A DNA stretch of 59,930 nt, taken from IMG/VR virus record IMGVR_UViG_3300035195_000113, positions 1 to 59,930 of that record, one strand, 5' to 3'. Every line of letters starts with the position of its first letter. Position 1 is the first letter of the stretch. Shown here piece after piece: positions 24,715 to 35,221 of the stretch. The position numbers were made by a program, and so were the translations under genes. The notes beneath the pieces were generated by a model. It had not been told where the DNA came from. It searched no databases and saw nothing but the letters and a program-made list of their open reading frames with translations. This DNA comes from a virus (Duplodnaviria; Caudoviricetes).

Positions 24715-25919
24715 TGGGAATAGCAAGAGGAACAAATATAGTAAAAGATGGTTTAGTGTTTGGGTATGATTCTGGTTACGGTGTTTCTGACAATAATACG
24801 TCAACTAGATTTTATCCTGGTAAACCCACAATAAATGTGCACCCACACCCTTTAGACATATATGCTCAATTACCGCAAGCAACCTCAGTTAGATTAAACC
24901 AAGAAAGAGATACATCTGTATCTTCACCATTAGGAGGAATTGCATATAAAATGACACCTACAGGTGCTGATCCTTACATGGCTACTTACAACAATAGTAC
25001 TTATAACTTAGCATCTGCTGCATCAGGTCAAACATGGACTGCCTCTGTATATGTTAAAGCTAATAGAGCAACAGCTGCTTCGATATTTATATTTGAAGCT
25101 AATTCTAGCGGAGCTTATACCGCGGCTGATGCTAGTACTGTAAATATAGGTACAGACTGGCAAAGAATATCAATAACTAGAACGTTTAACCAATCAAACA
25201 CTGCTTATGTTCAAGCTAGAATTGATGGACCAGACACTTACGCCGCTGGGGACATATTATGGTTTGATGGGTATCAAGTCGAGCAGCAGGGTAGTGTAAC
25301 TCCTTTTGTAAACGGAACAAGATCTGCAACTACTAGTTTGATAGATTTAAAAAGAACAGTTAATGTTGATGTATCAAACGTATCATTTGATTCAACTGGT
25401 CAGCCTGATTTTGACGGCACAGATGATCGTATAGTATCAAGCACGGGTGTTAATTTAAGTTCTTACACGTCTTTAACCTATGAAGGTGTTGTAAAAGCTG
25501 TTGGTTTAGCATCTCACGACAGGTGGTTTAGTGGAACAGCTGGTAGTACATTTCATAATCCTGATCTCGCAATAGGAACAGACGGTCAATTATTATATAT
25601 ATTTGCCAACAGTGGTATTGGTTCTTGGATAGTGCCAAGTGGACTTACAATAGATACAACCAAGTTTAATCATTTAGTCTACACATTTACAAACACCGGT
25701 GTAGTTAGAATATATGTAAATGGTACTCAACAGTATACAGCTACGCATAGCAATGCTACTTTTCCAAATGGATCTAGGTTTATGACAGGTTCGAGGTTTG
25801 ACGTTAACGGTGAAGCAGTTGATGGAAGTATACCAATAACAAAAGTATATTCTAGAGCATTAACGGCAGATGAAGTAATGCAAAACTATAAAGCATATAA
25901 AAACAGATTTAATTTATAA
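24714..25919 (+). CDS. LamG/concanavalin-like lectin protein with a CBM-like insert
   Basis: GLVFGYD N-terminus, FDGTDD, HLVYT...IYVNG, VYSRALTADEV. Confidence 0.8.
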   Translation: MGIARGTNIVKDGLVFGYDSGYGVSDNNTSTRFYPGKPTINVHPHPLDIYAQLPQATSVRLNQERDTSVSSPLGGIAYKMTPTGADPYMATYNNSTYNLASAASGQTWTASVYVKANRATAASIFIFEANSSGAYTAADASTVNIGTDWQRISITRTFNQSNTAYVQARIDGPDTYAAGDILWFDGYQVEQQGSVTPFVNGTRSATTSLIDLKRTVNVDVSNVSFDSTGQPDFDGTDDRIVSSTGVNLSSYTSLTYEGVVKAVGLASHDRWFSGTAGSTFHNPDLAIGTDGQLLYIFANSGIGSWIVPSGLTIDTTKFNHLVYTFTNTGVVRIYVNGTQQYTATHSNATFPNGSRFMTGSRFDVNGEAVDGSIPITKVYSRALTADEVMQNYKAYKNRFNL

Positions 25920-25921
25920 TT

Positions 25922-26257
25922 ATGAGCAGATTTAAAAACAGAAGGTGGTTAGTATTACCAATAGAAAAAATAGATGATATAGATTTTAATCAGGTTCATC
26001 AATCTAATAAAGAATCACTAAGAAAGTCAATTGACGGTAAAAAAACATTTGTAAAATATGAAGTTAATATAATAGAAAAAGATGTTGTTGAAACATATGT
26101 TGATTTAGAAACTGAAGAAGAAAAAACTAATACTGTAAAAGCTGGTACTTACGGAAGACCTAGTGTGTATAGCACAGATTATACAGAATATAACCACGAA
26201 GAAATATTAGCTTTATTAGCTACAGATAAGTGGACTACAAATGAAATAAAAGAATAA
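25922..26257 (+). CDS. Hypothetical protein in the fibre cluster
   Basis: ORF. Confidence 0.7.
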   Translation: MSRFKNRRWLVLPIEKIDDIDFNQVHQSNKESLRKSIDGKKTFVKYEVNIIEKDVVETYVDLETEEEKTNTVKAGTYGRPSVYSTDYTEYNHEEILALLATDKWTTNEIKE

Positions 26258-26258
26258 T

Positions 26259-26966
26259 ATGGCAACATCACTAGGACCAAACTATGTAACAAATGGGTTA
26301 GTTTTTGCTGTGGATATGAGTTCTACTAGATCATATCCAGGAAGTGGAAATACTGTGTATGATTTAACTGGTAACGGATATGATTTTACTTCATCAACTA
26401 GACCTAGCTTTACATCTGTAAATGGAATAGCTTGTATGGATTTTACTAGTGGAAATGGTGAGCATTTAAACAGTGCGATAAACTCTCCGTTTACTGGTGA
26501 TAACTTTGCTATCAGTGTTAGCGCTATAGTTAACGAGAACTCAACAGGTCAGTTTAAATCAATACTAACACAGCATGAGCAAGATAGTACTGACTCTATG
26601 GCTTTTATTTCATACGGTGGTAAGTTTGCAAGTGATCACTGGAACCCAGGAGGTATTCACTTATCTTCAGCGCATGGATCAAATCAAATACATATGGTTA
26701 CATGGACAATATCATCGTGGGACGAACATCAAACAGCTTCTCATAAAATATATTTAAACGGTGTAGCTCAAGCAACAACAGCATACTCTGTAGACACTGT
26801 TGGAGCCTTAGTAGCGGATGTTTTTAGAATTGGTAATTGGCAATTAGATAGATCTGATATGGATTTTGACGGTCAAATATATGCCGTTAGTTGTTATAAT
26901 AAAGAATTAAACGCAGCTGAAGTTTTACAAAACTACAACGCTTATAAAAATAGATTTAATATATAA
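26259..26966 (+). CDS. LamG-like lectin protein
   Basis: GLVFAVD, SYPGSG, IYLNG, YNKELNAAEVLQNY. Confidence 0.8.
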   Translation: MATSLGPNYVTNGLVFAVDMSSTRSYPGSGNTVYDLTGNGYDFTSSTRPSFTSVNGIACMDFTSGNGEHLNSAINSPFTGDNFAISVSAIVNENSTGQFKSILTQHEQDSTDSMAFISYGGKFASDHWNPGGIHLSSAHGSNQIHMVTWTISSWDEHQTASHKIYLNGVAQATTAYSVDTVGALVADVFRIGNWQLDRSDMDFDGQIYAVSCYNKELNAAEVLQNYNAYKNRFNI

Positions 26967-28165
26967 TGTATACAGGACCTAAAACAATAAACAACGGATT
27001 AGTATATGGATATGATACTGCATATGGGGTGACACAAGGTCAACTTGGTACTAGATTTTACCCAGGTGAACCAACCGTTAACCGTGTAACTGACACACCT
27101 GATAATCAAGGTGGTTGGGCTGGTTCTCATACGTTACTAGACTCGGCAACTAAAAAAATGAAATTTAGTATAACTAACTTCAATGGTTCAGCAGGTTCTG
27201 GGCAAGGTTGGAGGTCGTTTACGTGGAATTTAAATGCTTTTTCTGGACAAACCGTAGCTATGTGTGCAACTATTGAAATTCCAGACAATAGCCCAGGTGA
27301 TTTTAGTTGGGTTATGATGGGGCAAACAGTTGAGTCAGGTGGTAATTACTTAGGTTATTCGGCTGGTAGTGAAAGATATTACAAAACTACAAAAACAACT
27401 GAAAAAATATATTGGACAGGCACAATAGGTACAGCTGGTACAGCTGGTCAACCATCTGGTCACGTAGGTTTTACAGTCTGGTATAACGGAGGTACGTCAG
27501 GCACAGCTAGTTTTATACATGTTTCAAATATTCAAATAGAATTAAAATCACACAAAACCCCCTTTGTTAATGGAACAAGATCAAACACACAGGGTTTAAT
27601 AGATCTAAAAAAAACAGCAAGTATAGATTTATCGTACATTTCTTTTGACTCTACAGCTCAACCTACATTTGATGGTGGTGATGACTATATACTTACTCCA
27701 TTTACTAGAGGAACTTTAGGTGATCAATTAACAATGATAGCGTATTACAAGTTTGATGGCAGTACGGGTAGAACGTATACTCCAATATTTGGAGGTAAAG
27801 AAGGTAGCTCAGGTACTGAATTTTTTATAGGTAAAAATAGTGGTAACACACATATAGGTGTGCAAGATGGTAATTATACTGATACTTTTGTACAAGGTAG
27901 TAATGCTTGGGATGGTAACTATCATCAACTAGTTTACACTTACAATAATGGTAGTGGAAAAATATACCTAGATGGCGTGCTTAAAAACACAGGCACTTTT
28001 AGTAAATGTAACGCTGCAGAACAAATAACAGTAGGTAGTGAGGTCGAAGGATCTGGCTACTACATGATAGGAGATATACCAAGAGTGTGTATTTATGACA
28101 GAGTGTTTACTGATGAAGAAGTTTTAGAAGATTTAAAAGCGAATAAACAAAGATTTAATATATAA
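26966..28165 (+). CDS. LamG-like lectin protein (paralogue of 24714)
   Basis: GLVYGYD, TRFYPGEPT, TPFVNGTRS, FDGGDD, IYLDG. Confidence 0.8.
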   Translation: MYTGPKTINNGLVYGYDTAYGVTQGQLGTRFYPGEPTVNRVTDTPDNQGGWAGSHTLLDSATKKMKFSITNFNGSAGSGQGWRSFTWNLNAFSGQTVAMCATIEIPDNSPGDFSWVMMGQTVESGGNYLGYSAGSERYYKTTKTTEKIYWTGTIGTAGTAGQPSGHVGFTVWYNGGTSGTASFIHVSNIQIELKSHKTPFVNGTRSNTQGLIDLKKTASIDLSYISFDSTAQPTFDGGDDYILTPFTRGTLGDQLTMIAYYKFDGSTGRTYTPIFGGKEGSSGTEFFIGKNSGNTHIGVQDGNYTDTFVQGSNAWDGNYHQLVYTYNNGSGKIYLDGVLKNTGTFSKCNAAEQITVGSEVEGSGYYMIGDIPRVCIYDRVFTDEEVLEDLKANKQRFNI

Positions 28166-28186
28166 CCCGGAAAATGAAAGGTAATT

Positions 28187-31100
28187 ATGGCAAATGAATT
28201 TAAAGTAAAAAAAGGTCTAATAGTAGACGGCTCAAATACGGTTCTTGATATACAAGGAACGCAAGGGCAATTGTTTTCGGTAACAGATAGTCTTACTGGG
28301 GATTTATTTTCTGTTTCAGACGTGTCAGGTATACCTATATTAAACGTTAACTCTAGTGGCGTTATAGATGTTGATGGTTATATAAACGTAGATGGTTATA
28401 TAAATTTAAGTGGTACAACCACTGATTATTACATAGGTGGTAGTGGTGGTGGTAAAGCAACCAACGAACTTAGAATAGGGTCTGCAACAACCACTAACAC
28501 TGTAGCTTTAGAATTATATCATTCAGCAAATCCAGTTTCATTAGGTGTAAGTTATAGTGGAGGTGCAGGTTTAGCATTTATTGAAAGTGCACATAGTAGC
28601 TATGATGTTAACACTCACGTGTTATTTAAACCAGGAGGTACGGAAACTTGGAGAATAGGCTCACACGGCACAAACGCTAGCAGCAAGTTCGAAATTCGCC
28701 CAGCAGCTGCAGGACATGATTTTGTTTTAGCAGATAATTCTGGAAACTCTATTATAACATCAGACACAAGTACAAAGGCTGTTACTTTTGCAGGAAATAT
28801 AACAAGTACGGCTGGTTATATACAAGCTTATGCAAATTCAGATACAGCTCCTGGTTTTAGAATGCAATCAAATGATACGCATGGTTGGGAATTTTTACAC
28901 AGAGGTACAGAGGGTGATTTTGCATTAAACAGAGAAACAAGCGGGACTACAACGCAGGCATTAAGAATATCAAGATCAACTGGTGCTGCAACTTTTGCAG
29001 GTGATGTAACCGTAACTGGAGGTCAATTATTTTTAGGAGGTACTACATATGCTATAGAAAATGTAAGTAATAATTATGGTATAAGAAATTCTAGTGGTAA
29101 CTATGGTGGTAGTGATGATACCAATGCTTATACCACTCCTCAAGACTTTTTTCATATACCAGGAATTGTAAGAATTGGTCCTAAATTTGCAACAACAGAT
29201 AGAGATCATATTAGGATAGTTCCAGCAGGATCGACCTCAACTATTGAGATGCCTAATGAAAACGCTTATATACATAATAACGCAGGTAACATAGTTTTAA
29301 GAACTGGTTCAAGTACAGACGCTGTTATAGTATCAGGTGCAAATACAGCTTTTGCAGGTAGAATAACATCAACTAAATCATCATCACACACAGCACAAGG
29401 TACTTTCAGCGCAGCAAATGCACACTTAGATTTATACAATAACTTAGAAGCTAATACAGATCAGAAAGGATCTATAATAAATTTTTCAGATAATTATTAC
29501 GATGGTAGTAGTTATATTAAAACAACAAGAGCTGGTATAAAAGGTGGTACAGACGTTACGGGTAATAACGGCGCTGGTTATTTAGAATTTTATACAAATC
29601 ACAGTTCTGCTAATACACCAAGACTTGTTTTAAGATTAGATAAAGATAAAAACGCAACTTTTGAAGGTGAAATTACTTCAGGTGATGATATAAACACACC
29701 TACTAAAGTAGTAGTTGGTGAAAGTGCAACATCAGAAGTAAGATTAAAGAAAACAAACGCTGGAAACGCTAAGCTTAGTTTTTATAATAACGATGGTACT
29801 TCTAGCACGCAGCAATCATATTTATCACTTGACGCAACAGAGAATATTGTTTTGTATGGAGCTAGCGGTGTAGGCCAATATTTTTATGCGGGTGGTGTGT
29901 TAAATGAAACAAAAATAGGAGCAAATTCAACTTTTGCAGGTAGAGTTAAAGGTGTAAACTTTACTTCTAAAGAAAACGCAGCAGCTGGTGGTTTTATAGC
30001 TAGTAGAGATTATTTGATAGCTGGAACAGGAGACAGAGGTGGAGGTTTAGTCATTAATGATGTTTCAGGTGCAAGACACGCTTTATACGCTGGTGGTCAT
30101 GATTTAACATTTGCTAAAGAAACAGACGATGGATCTGGCGCTATAAGCCATGATATATGGATGAGAGCAAATGCTACTAACTCAGCAGGAAACGTAACTA
30201 GTTTAGAATTCTTTAAAAATGCAACTTTTGCAGCGCAAGTGTCAACTGGTGGAGACTTAACAGTTGGTGGTACTAGTGGAGATACCGGTAATGCTTTTGC
30301 TGTAAATAGAGGTAGTGATGGAGCTCAAGCTTTAAGAATACAGAACACAGGTGAAGTTGTAACTACTGCAAATTATTTTTACGCTGCTTCTAGCGGTACA
30401 TCTATGTATGTTCAGAACACAGCTATATTTAGAGGTGCGATTCAAAATGATGGTGGAGATGTAAGAATTGCTGACAACTTAAAAGTAGATAATAAAATTG
30501 GTATTGGAGTATCTCCAACAACACTATTACATTTAGACGGTACTGGTGACGCTATAAGAGTAGAATCAAAAAATACTGGTAGCGCTGGTGCTCAAATGGA
30601 TTTATTATATTTTAAACAAACTAATGCACCTGCTGATGATGATATTCAAGGTTTAATTAATTTTGGTGGATATTATTCTGGCACGAGTTCAGCATACTCT
30701 TCATCAATAAGAAGTGTTTGGACGGATGCATCTGAAAAGCATGGTCAATTAGAGTTTTGGACTAGAGATGATACTGATTTTGCACAAAGATTAAAAATAG
30801 ATCATGATGGTGCTGCAACTTTTACAGGAAACGTTGATATATACACAGGTGCTGGCTCAGCTACTCTTAACATAGGTAGAAATGCTAGTGAGAAATTACA
30901 AATAGACCAAACTGATCAAGAAACTGTTTTAACCGCTAACAATGATTCAGATAGTGATGGCACCCATAATTTTAGATTAAATAGAGTATTTGCAGGTACA
31001 GGTGCTAATAATTTTAAAATACAAAAGGGTGGTGTAGACCAACTTTCTATAGATACCAACGCTAATGTTACTATTGACAGCTCATCTGCGTCTGGTAGCA

Positions 31101-32707
31101 CCGTGTTAGACGTGCAAGGTACTTTAGGTCAACTATTCTCTGTAACAAACAGTTTAACTGGTGATTTATTCTCAGTATCAGATGTTTCAGGTGTTCCAAT
31201 ATTTAATGTTAATTCTAGTGGTTTATCTACTTTTGATGGAGATGTTAAAATTGATGGAGCAGTTGAAAACAATGGGATAACAACATACAACACCCCTGCT
31301 GGTGGCGTTGCTTTTAATTTAGATGCCGCGGCTGATAACTATGGTACATTTCGTTTAAGAACAAATGGAAATGCTAACAAGTGGGATGTAGGTATGAAAA
31401 ACGATAATGATTTTTATATTTATAACCAAGCCACTAGTGCTCAAGCTTTTGAAATAGATACAGCAAATAACATAGCAACTTTTAGCGCTACTACAAAATC
31501 AACAAGATTTACCTCAACAACAGCCTCTGGTTTACATTTTTCTAATTACACTGGAACTCAAGGTTGGCAAATTGGATCTGATAGTACAGCTGCTGGAATG
31601 TATATCTATAATGAAAATGGTACTTATGCAATGAAGCTTACTAGTGCTGGTACCGCAACTTTTGCAGGTAGTGGTACTTTTGCAGGAAATCTAACTGTTC
31701 AAGGTGGCACTTTAAATTTATCAGATGGTTCAACTTATGATTCTATAATAAATGCAGGATCTTCTTTAGCATTAAACTTTGATACCGATAATGATAGCAC
31801 TGGAGAGCTATTTAGAATCAATCATAATACAACAGCTATAAATGCAAATAATTTATTTAGTATAACAGAAACCGGTGCTGCAACTTTTGCAGGTACTGGT
31901 ACTTTTGAAACAACTCTTAATGTAAGCGCAACAGATGGTGGTGGCGCACCAGCTATGACAGCTGTAATAAACATGGCTGGTTATGAAGGTCGTGGTGTTG
32001 GAATAAAAATGAAAGATAACGTCACTACTAGCGGCGGCGGTGATGATAATGAGTGGTTTGTAGGTACTGGTTACAACCAGAGCGGTTTTAACATTGGATA
32101 TGCTGCTAATGGTTCTCAATCATCTTATTCTGCTCAAGCAAAACTTCAAATATCAACAAGTGGTACCGCAACTTTTGCAGGTAGTGTTATTGCTGGCGTA
32201 AGTGGAGTTGGTAATATTTACGTAGGAAATAATGCAACTGGAAATTTTGCAAGGTTCCATACAAATAATTCAGATACTTACTTTGATATGTCTTGTGGTG
32301 ATGTAATATGGAGACAAGGAAGTTCTGGTGGTAGTCATAGATTTGAACATGCTATGACCACCGGAACCTTTACATCATCTGGAGATATTGTAGCATTTGG
32401 ATCACCATCAGATAAAAGATTAAAAGAAAATATTAAACCTATTGAATCAGCGTTGAGTAAAGTAAGTAAATTACAAGGTGTAACGTTTGATTGGAAACAA
32501 TCAGATAGTATATTAGATATAAAAGAAGATATAGGGTTTATAGCGCAAGATGTAAAAGAAGTTGTACCAGAGCTTGTTAGAGAAAATGAAGATGGCATGT
32601 TATCAATGAGACACCAAGGTATCGCACCAATACTACTTGAAGCTATAAAAGAATTAAAAGCTGAAATAGAAGAGTTAAAGTCTAACAAATGTAATTGTAA
32701 TAAATAA
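28187..32707 (+). CDS. Long modular tail fibre with C-terminal intramolecular chaperone (peptidase S74)
   Basis: ATFAG-bounded modules; SDKRLKENI...GFIAQDV...LLEAIKEL. Confidence 0.9.
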   Translation: MANEFKVKKGLIVDGSNTVLDIQGTQGQLFSVTDSLTGDLFSVSDVSGIPILNVNSSGVIDVDGYINVDGYINLSGTTTDYYIGGSGGGKATNELRIGSATTTNTVALELYHSANPVSLGVSYSGGAGLAFIESAHSSYDVNTHVLFKPGGTETWRIGSHGTNASSKFEIRPAAAGHDFVLADNSGNSIITSDTSTKAVTFAGNITSTAGYIQAYANSDTAPGFRMQSNDTHGWEFLHRGTEGDFALNRETSGTTTQALRISRSTGAATFAGDVTVTGGQLFLGGTTYAIENVSNNYGIRNSSGNYGGSDDTNAYTTPQDFFHIPGIVRIGPKFATTDRDHIRIVPAGSTSTIEMPNENAYIHNNAGNIVLRTGSSTDAVIVSGANTAFAGRITSTKSSSHTAQGTFSAANAHLDLYNNLEANTDQKGSIINFSDNYYDGSSYIKTTRAGIKGGTDVTGNNGAGYLEFYTNHSSANTPRLVLRLDKDKNATFEGEITSGDDINTPTKVVVGESATSEVRLKKTNAGNAKLSFYNNDGTSSTQQSYLSLDATENIVLYGASGVGQYFYAGGVLNETKIGANSTFAGRVKGVNFTSKENAAAGGFIASRDYLIAGTGDRGGGLVINDVSGARHALYAGGHDLTFAKETDDGSGAISHDIWMRANATNSAGNVTSLEFFKNATFAAQVSTGGDLTVGGTSGDTGNAFAVNRGSDGAQALRIQNTGEVVTTANYFYAASSGTSMYVQNTAIFRGAIQNDGGDVRIADNLKVDNKIGIGVSPTTLLHLDGTGDAIRVESKNTGSAGAQMDLLYFKQTNAPADDDIQGLINFGGYYSGTSSAYSSSIRSVWTDASEKHGQLEFWTRDDTDFAQRLKIDHDGAATFTGNVDIYTGAGSATLNIGRNASEKLQIDQTDQETVLTANNDSDSDGTHNFRLNRVFAGTGANNFKIQKGGVDQLSIDTNANVTIDSSSASGSTVLDVQGTLGQLFSVTNSLTGDLFSVSDVSGVPIFNVNSSGLSTFDGDVKIDGAVENNGITTYNTPAGGVAFNLDAAADNYGTFRLRTNGNANKWDVGMKNDNDFYIYNQATSAQAFEIDTANNIATFSATTKSTRFTSTTASGLHFSNYTGTQGWQIGSDSTAAGMYIYNENGTYAMKLTSAGTATFAGSGTFAGNLTVQGGTLNLSDGSTYDSIINAGSSLALNFDTDNDSTGELFRINHNTTAINANNLFSITETGAATFAGTGTFETTLNVSATDGGGAPAMTAVINMAGYEGRGVGIKMKDNVTTSGGGDDNEWFVGTGYNQSGFNIGYAANGSQSSYSAQAKLQISTSGTATFAGSVIAGVSGVGNIYVGNNATGNFARFHTNNSDTYFDMSCGDVIWRQGSSGGSHRFEHAMTTGTFTSSGDIVAFGSPSDKRLKENIKPIESALSKVSKLQGVTFDWKQSDSILDIKEDIGFIAQDVKEVVPELVRENEDGMLSMRHQGIAPILLEAIKELKAEIEELKSNKCNCNK

Positions 32708-34263
32708 TGGCTGTACCAGGAAGTGGAGAAATAACTTTAAGTAAAATAGCTAAAGAATTCGTGCATGATGATTATAATAATTCAAGTTCACCTTCAAGTG
32801 AAATTAGCTTGCAAAAACTATCAACACATGCAGCTGATGGAAGTTTTGACGCTACAAATTTAGAAAGCCCAAATCACCCTGACGGAAACGCTTCTCATGG
32901 TATGTCAGAGTTTTACAGTTATGATCATGACTACGTACCAATACCTTGTAACAAAGCAATGGATGTTGTTCTTGTAATTGACTACACAGGTAGTATGGGT
33001 GACGAGTTTAACTCTACCTCCTCTAGTAACCCGGGTTTAAAAGCACAAGTTACAAATATTACTAATAAAGTTGCTGAAAGATCTAGTGGTGATTATAGAT
33101 TAGCTATGGTTTTAGTAGATGCTATAAACGGCTCAAGCACTAATGGACTTACTTATTCTGATAGCTCAACTTACAGCGGTTTACCTTCTGCTAACAAACA
33201 TCAACAACAAATAGTGTCTGGTAGAAACGTTCACTCAACTGCTGTTGTAAAATTTGCTACTGCAAATAATACTGATTTTGCTGCTAAACTAAATTTATTA
33301 GCAGCAGCGGACAATAACAACGGTAACATGAAGCTAGGTTCTGGTCAAAGCACTGTAGGTTGGGAGGTTGCTTTAAATCAAGTTTTAAGTAATAATTTTG
33401 CTGGTACTTTTAGGTCAAATGTTAATAGAATGATTATATTTGTAACAGACACAAGCCCTGAGGGTACTTCAACAGGTGGGTTTAATGGTGCTGAAGAAAC
33501 AACTTTAATGGGTAGTTTAAGTAATACAGCTGTATCTAATAATACAACTATATCTATTATTAAGAGTGGAACCACAAATCCTACCTCTAGTGATGGCACT
33601 ACAACCGCACAAGCAATATATAGTGGTTACGCTAATAACACTGGCGGTTTAACTAATTTTAGCAGTATTCTTAACTCAGCAAATATAGTCACTTTTATAA
33701 ATAATATATGTAATACTATAGAGACTAACTTTGCTACAGTTGTTACAAACGCAGAAAGTGCTGTAACTAATACTAGTTTTACAATGAATGGTAACGTAAC
33801 GGCTCAAGGTGGGTCAACAGTTACTGCAAGAGGTTTTGTTAGATCAACATCATCTATTAGTTTATTTATAGGTGCATCTGGTGTAACCAATACAACTGCT
33901 GGTTCTGGTACAGGAACTTTTGGATCAGGTGTTACTAGCTTAAGCGGTGGCACAACACATTATTATAAAGCATACGCAACAAATAGTACTGGAACATCTT
34001 ATGGTGATATGGAAACTGTAACAACTAATAGTTTAACTACTTACAGTAGTTCTTTAGCCGGAAGAACAACTGATGTTTGTGGCTTCGCTACAAATCAATT
34101 ATATCATCATGATGGATCTAACAGTTATCCAATTGTAAATGATGTTGTTTATTCAGATTCAGGAGGTACAACATTTTTAGCTAGTGGCTTTAGAAAATTA
34201 GGTAACGGTGGTAAATACAGAGTTGACCAAAATGGAGTAGTTGGTCAAATAAGTCTTTGTTAA
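32707..34263 (+). CDS. Fibre-tip adhesin with vWA domain and FN3-like region
   Basis: MAVPGSGEITL N-terminus, DVVLVIDYTGSM (MIDAS-like), IIFVTD, YYKAYATNSTGTSYG. Confidence 0.75.
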   Translation: MAVPGSGEITLSKIAKEFVHDDYNNSSSPSSEISLQKLSTHAADGSFDATNLESPNHPDGNASHGMSEFYSYDHDYVPIPCNKAMDVVLVIDYTGSMGDEFNSTSSSNPGLKAQVTNITNKVAERSSGDYRLAMVLVDAINGSSTNGLTYSDSSTYSGLPSANKHQQQIVSGRNVHSTAVVKFATANNTDFAAKLNLLAAADNNNGNMKLGSGQSTVGWEVALNQVLSNNFAGTFRSNVNRMIIFVTDTSPEGTSTGGFNGAEETTLMGSLSNTAVSNNTTISIIKSGTTNPTSSDGTTTAQAIYSGYANNTGGLTNFSSILNSANIVTFINNICNTIETNFATVVTNAESAVTNTSFTMNGNVTAQGGSTVTARGFVRSTSSISLFIGASGVTNTTAGSGTGTFGSGVTSLSGGTTHYYKAYATNSTGTSYGDMETVTTNSLTTYSSSLAGRTTDVCGFATNQLYHHDGSNSYPIVNDVVYSDSGGTTFLASGFRKLGNGGKYRVDQNGVVGQISLC

Positions 34264-34292
34264 TAATATAACAGTTAAAAACTGTGAAAATA

Positions 34293-34303
34293 GCGTAATA
34301 ATA
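34293..34303 (+). promoter_or_regulatory. Putative late promoter motif GCGTAATAATA
   Basis: Intergenic; similar to 5155, 13593 and 52695. Confidence 0.35.
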
Positions 34304-34339
34304 TAAACATAGAATAACAATTTAAAAAAAAACAAAACA

Positions 34340-34711
34340 ATGGGATTAAAAGGAGCATACAATTTTAAAGGTATAGCGTTAACCGATGCTTACTTACAAG
34401 TAGGTAGCATTAACTGCAACTACTACTATAATTCATCGCAAAATTTAAAAACTGCTGCTGTGTACAATCCAGATGGTAGTTTAAAAACTGAAGCGGTGTA
34501 TGAAACGATTTGGGTAAAATCACCTAGCTCAAACGTTAGTGTGAAAGTATTTAAGGATAAAGCAACGAAAGACGCTAATCCAAACTCTCAACTAACTGAG
34601 TTTGGTTTTAGTTTTACTGGATCTGTAGCTGACTCAGCAAAGAATCACGTAAAGCAAGCTTACGTAGCTTTAAAAGCAGACGATAAGTACAAGGATTATA
34701 CAGACGTATAA
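34340..34711 (+). CDS. Hypothetical protein (possible tail fibre assembly)
   Basis: ORF; C-terminal QAYVALK. Confidence 0.7.
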   Translation: MGLKGAYNFKGIALTDAYLQVGSINCNYYYNSSQNLKTAAVYNPDGSLKTEAVYETIWVKSPSSNVSVKVFKDKATKDANPNSQLTEFGFSFTGSVADSAKNHVKQAYVALKADDKYKDYTDV

Positions 34712-34742
34712 TAAACAATTAACAATTAAATTAAATTAAATT

Positions 34743-35024
34743 ATGGCAAAAGAAGAAGTAATTGATCTAGCTCCAGCGGTGGACAAGATTACAGATGAAC
34801 AATTAAAAGAATTACAAGGTTTAGTAGGACAAATTAATAACATCCAACTAAGCATTGGTCAATTAGAGACTCAAAAAGCAGGTATGCTTCAAGGTGTTGG
34901 AGAGCTACAGTTAAAATTAAAAGACACGCAAGCTAGTCTTGAAAAAGAATATGGTAAAGTGTCTGTTAATATTCAAGATGGATCTATTAAGCCTATAGAA
35001 GATGAAGCTGATAAGAAAGATTAG
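34743..35024 (+). CDS. Small coiled-coil protein
   Basis: Heptad pattern; LEKEYGKVSVNIQDG. Confidence 0.7.
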   Translation: MAKEEVIDLAPAVDKITDEQLKELQGLVGQINNIQLSIGQLETQKAGMLQGVGELQLKLKDTQASLEKEYGKVSVNIQDGSIKPIEDEADKKD

Positions 35025-35220
35025 TATTGGTAAAGATTATAAAAATGAAGCTATGCATTATGCCGTGGGCCAAGAGGTCTACGGCGGGCATACTATTTGT
35101 CATATAACAGAGGAAGATGACAAGTTTAGTATATTTATTAAAAAAGCTGATGAGGTTTTACCTTGGAAAGATTTTAATAAAAACATGGCGGTAGCTATTG
35201 AATATAATCTAGAATACTAA
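35002..35220 (+). CDS. Hypothetical protein
   Basis: ORF coupled to both neighbours. Confidence 0.7.
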   Translation: MKLIRKISIGKDYKNEAMHYAVGQEVYGGHTICHITEEDDKFSIFIKKADEVLPWKDFNKNMAVAIEYNLEY

Positions 35221-35221
35221 C

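Noticed and set aside
28238-31222. Diversity-generating retroelement TR/VR pair
   Set aside because: Differences involve all bases at synonymous sites rather than adenines only; no reverse transcriptase in the window
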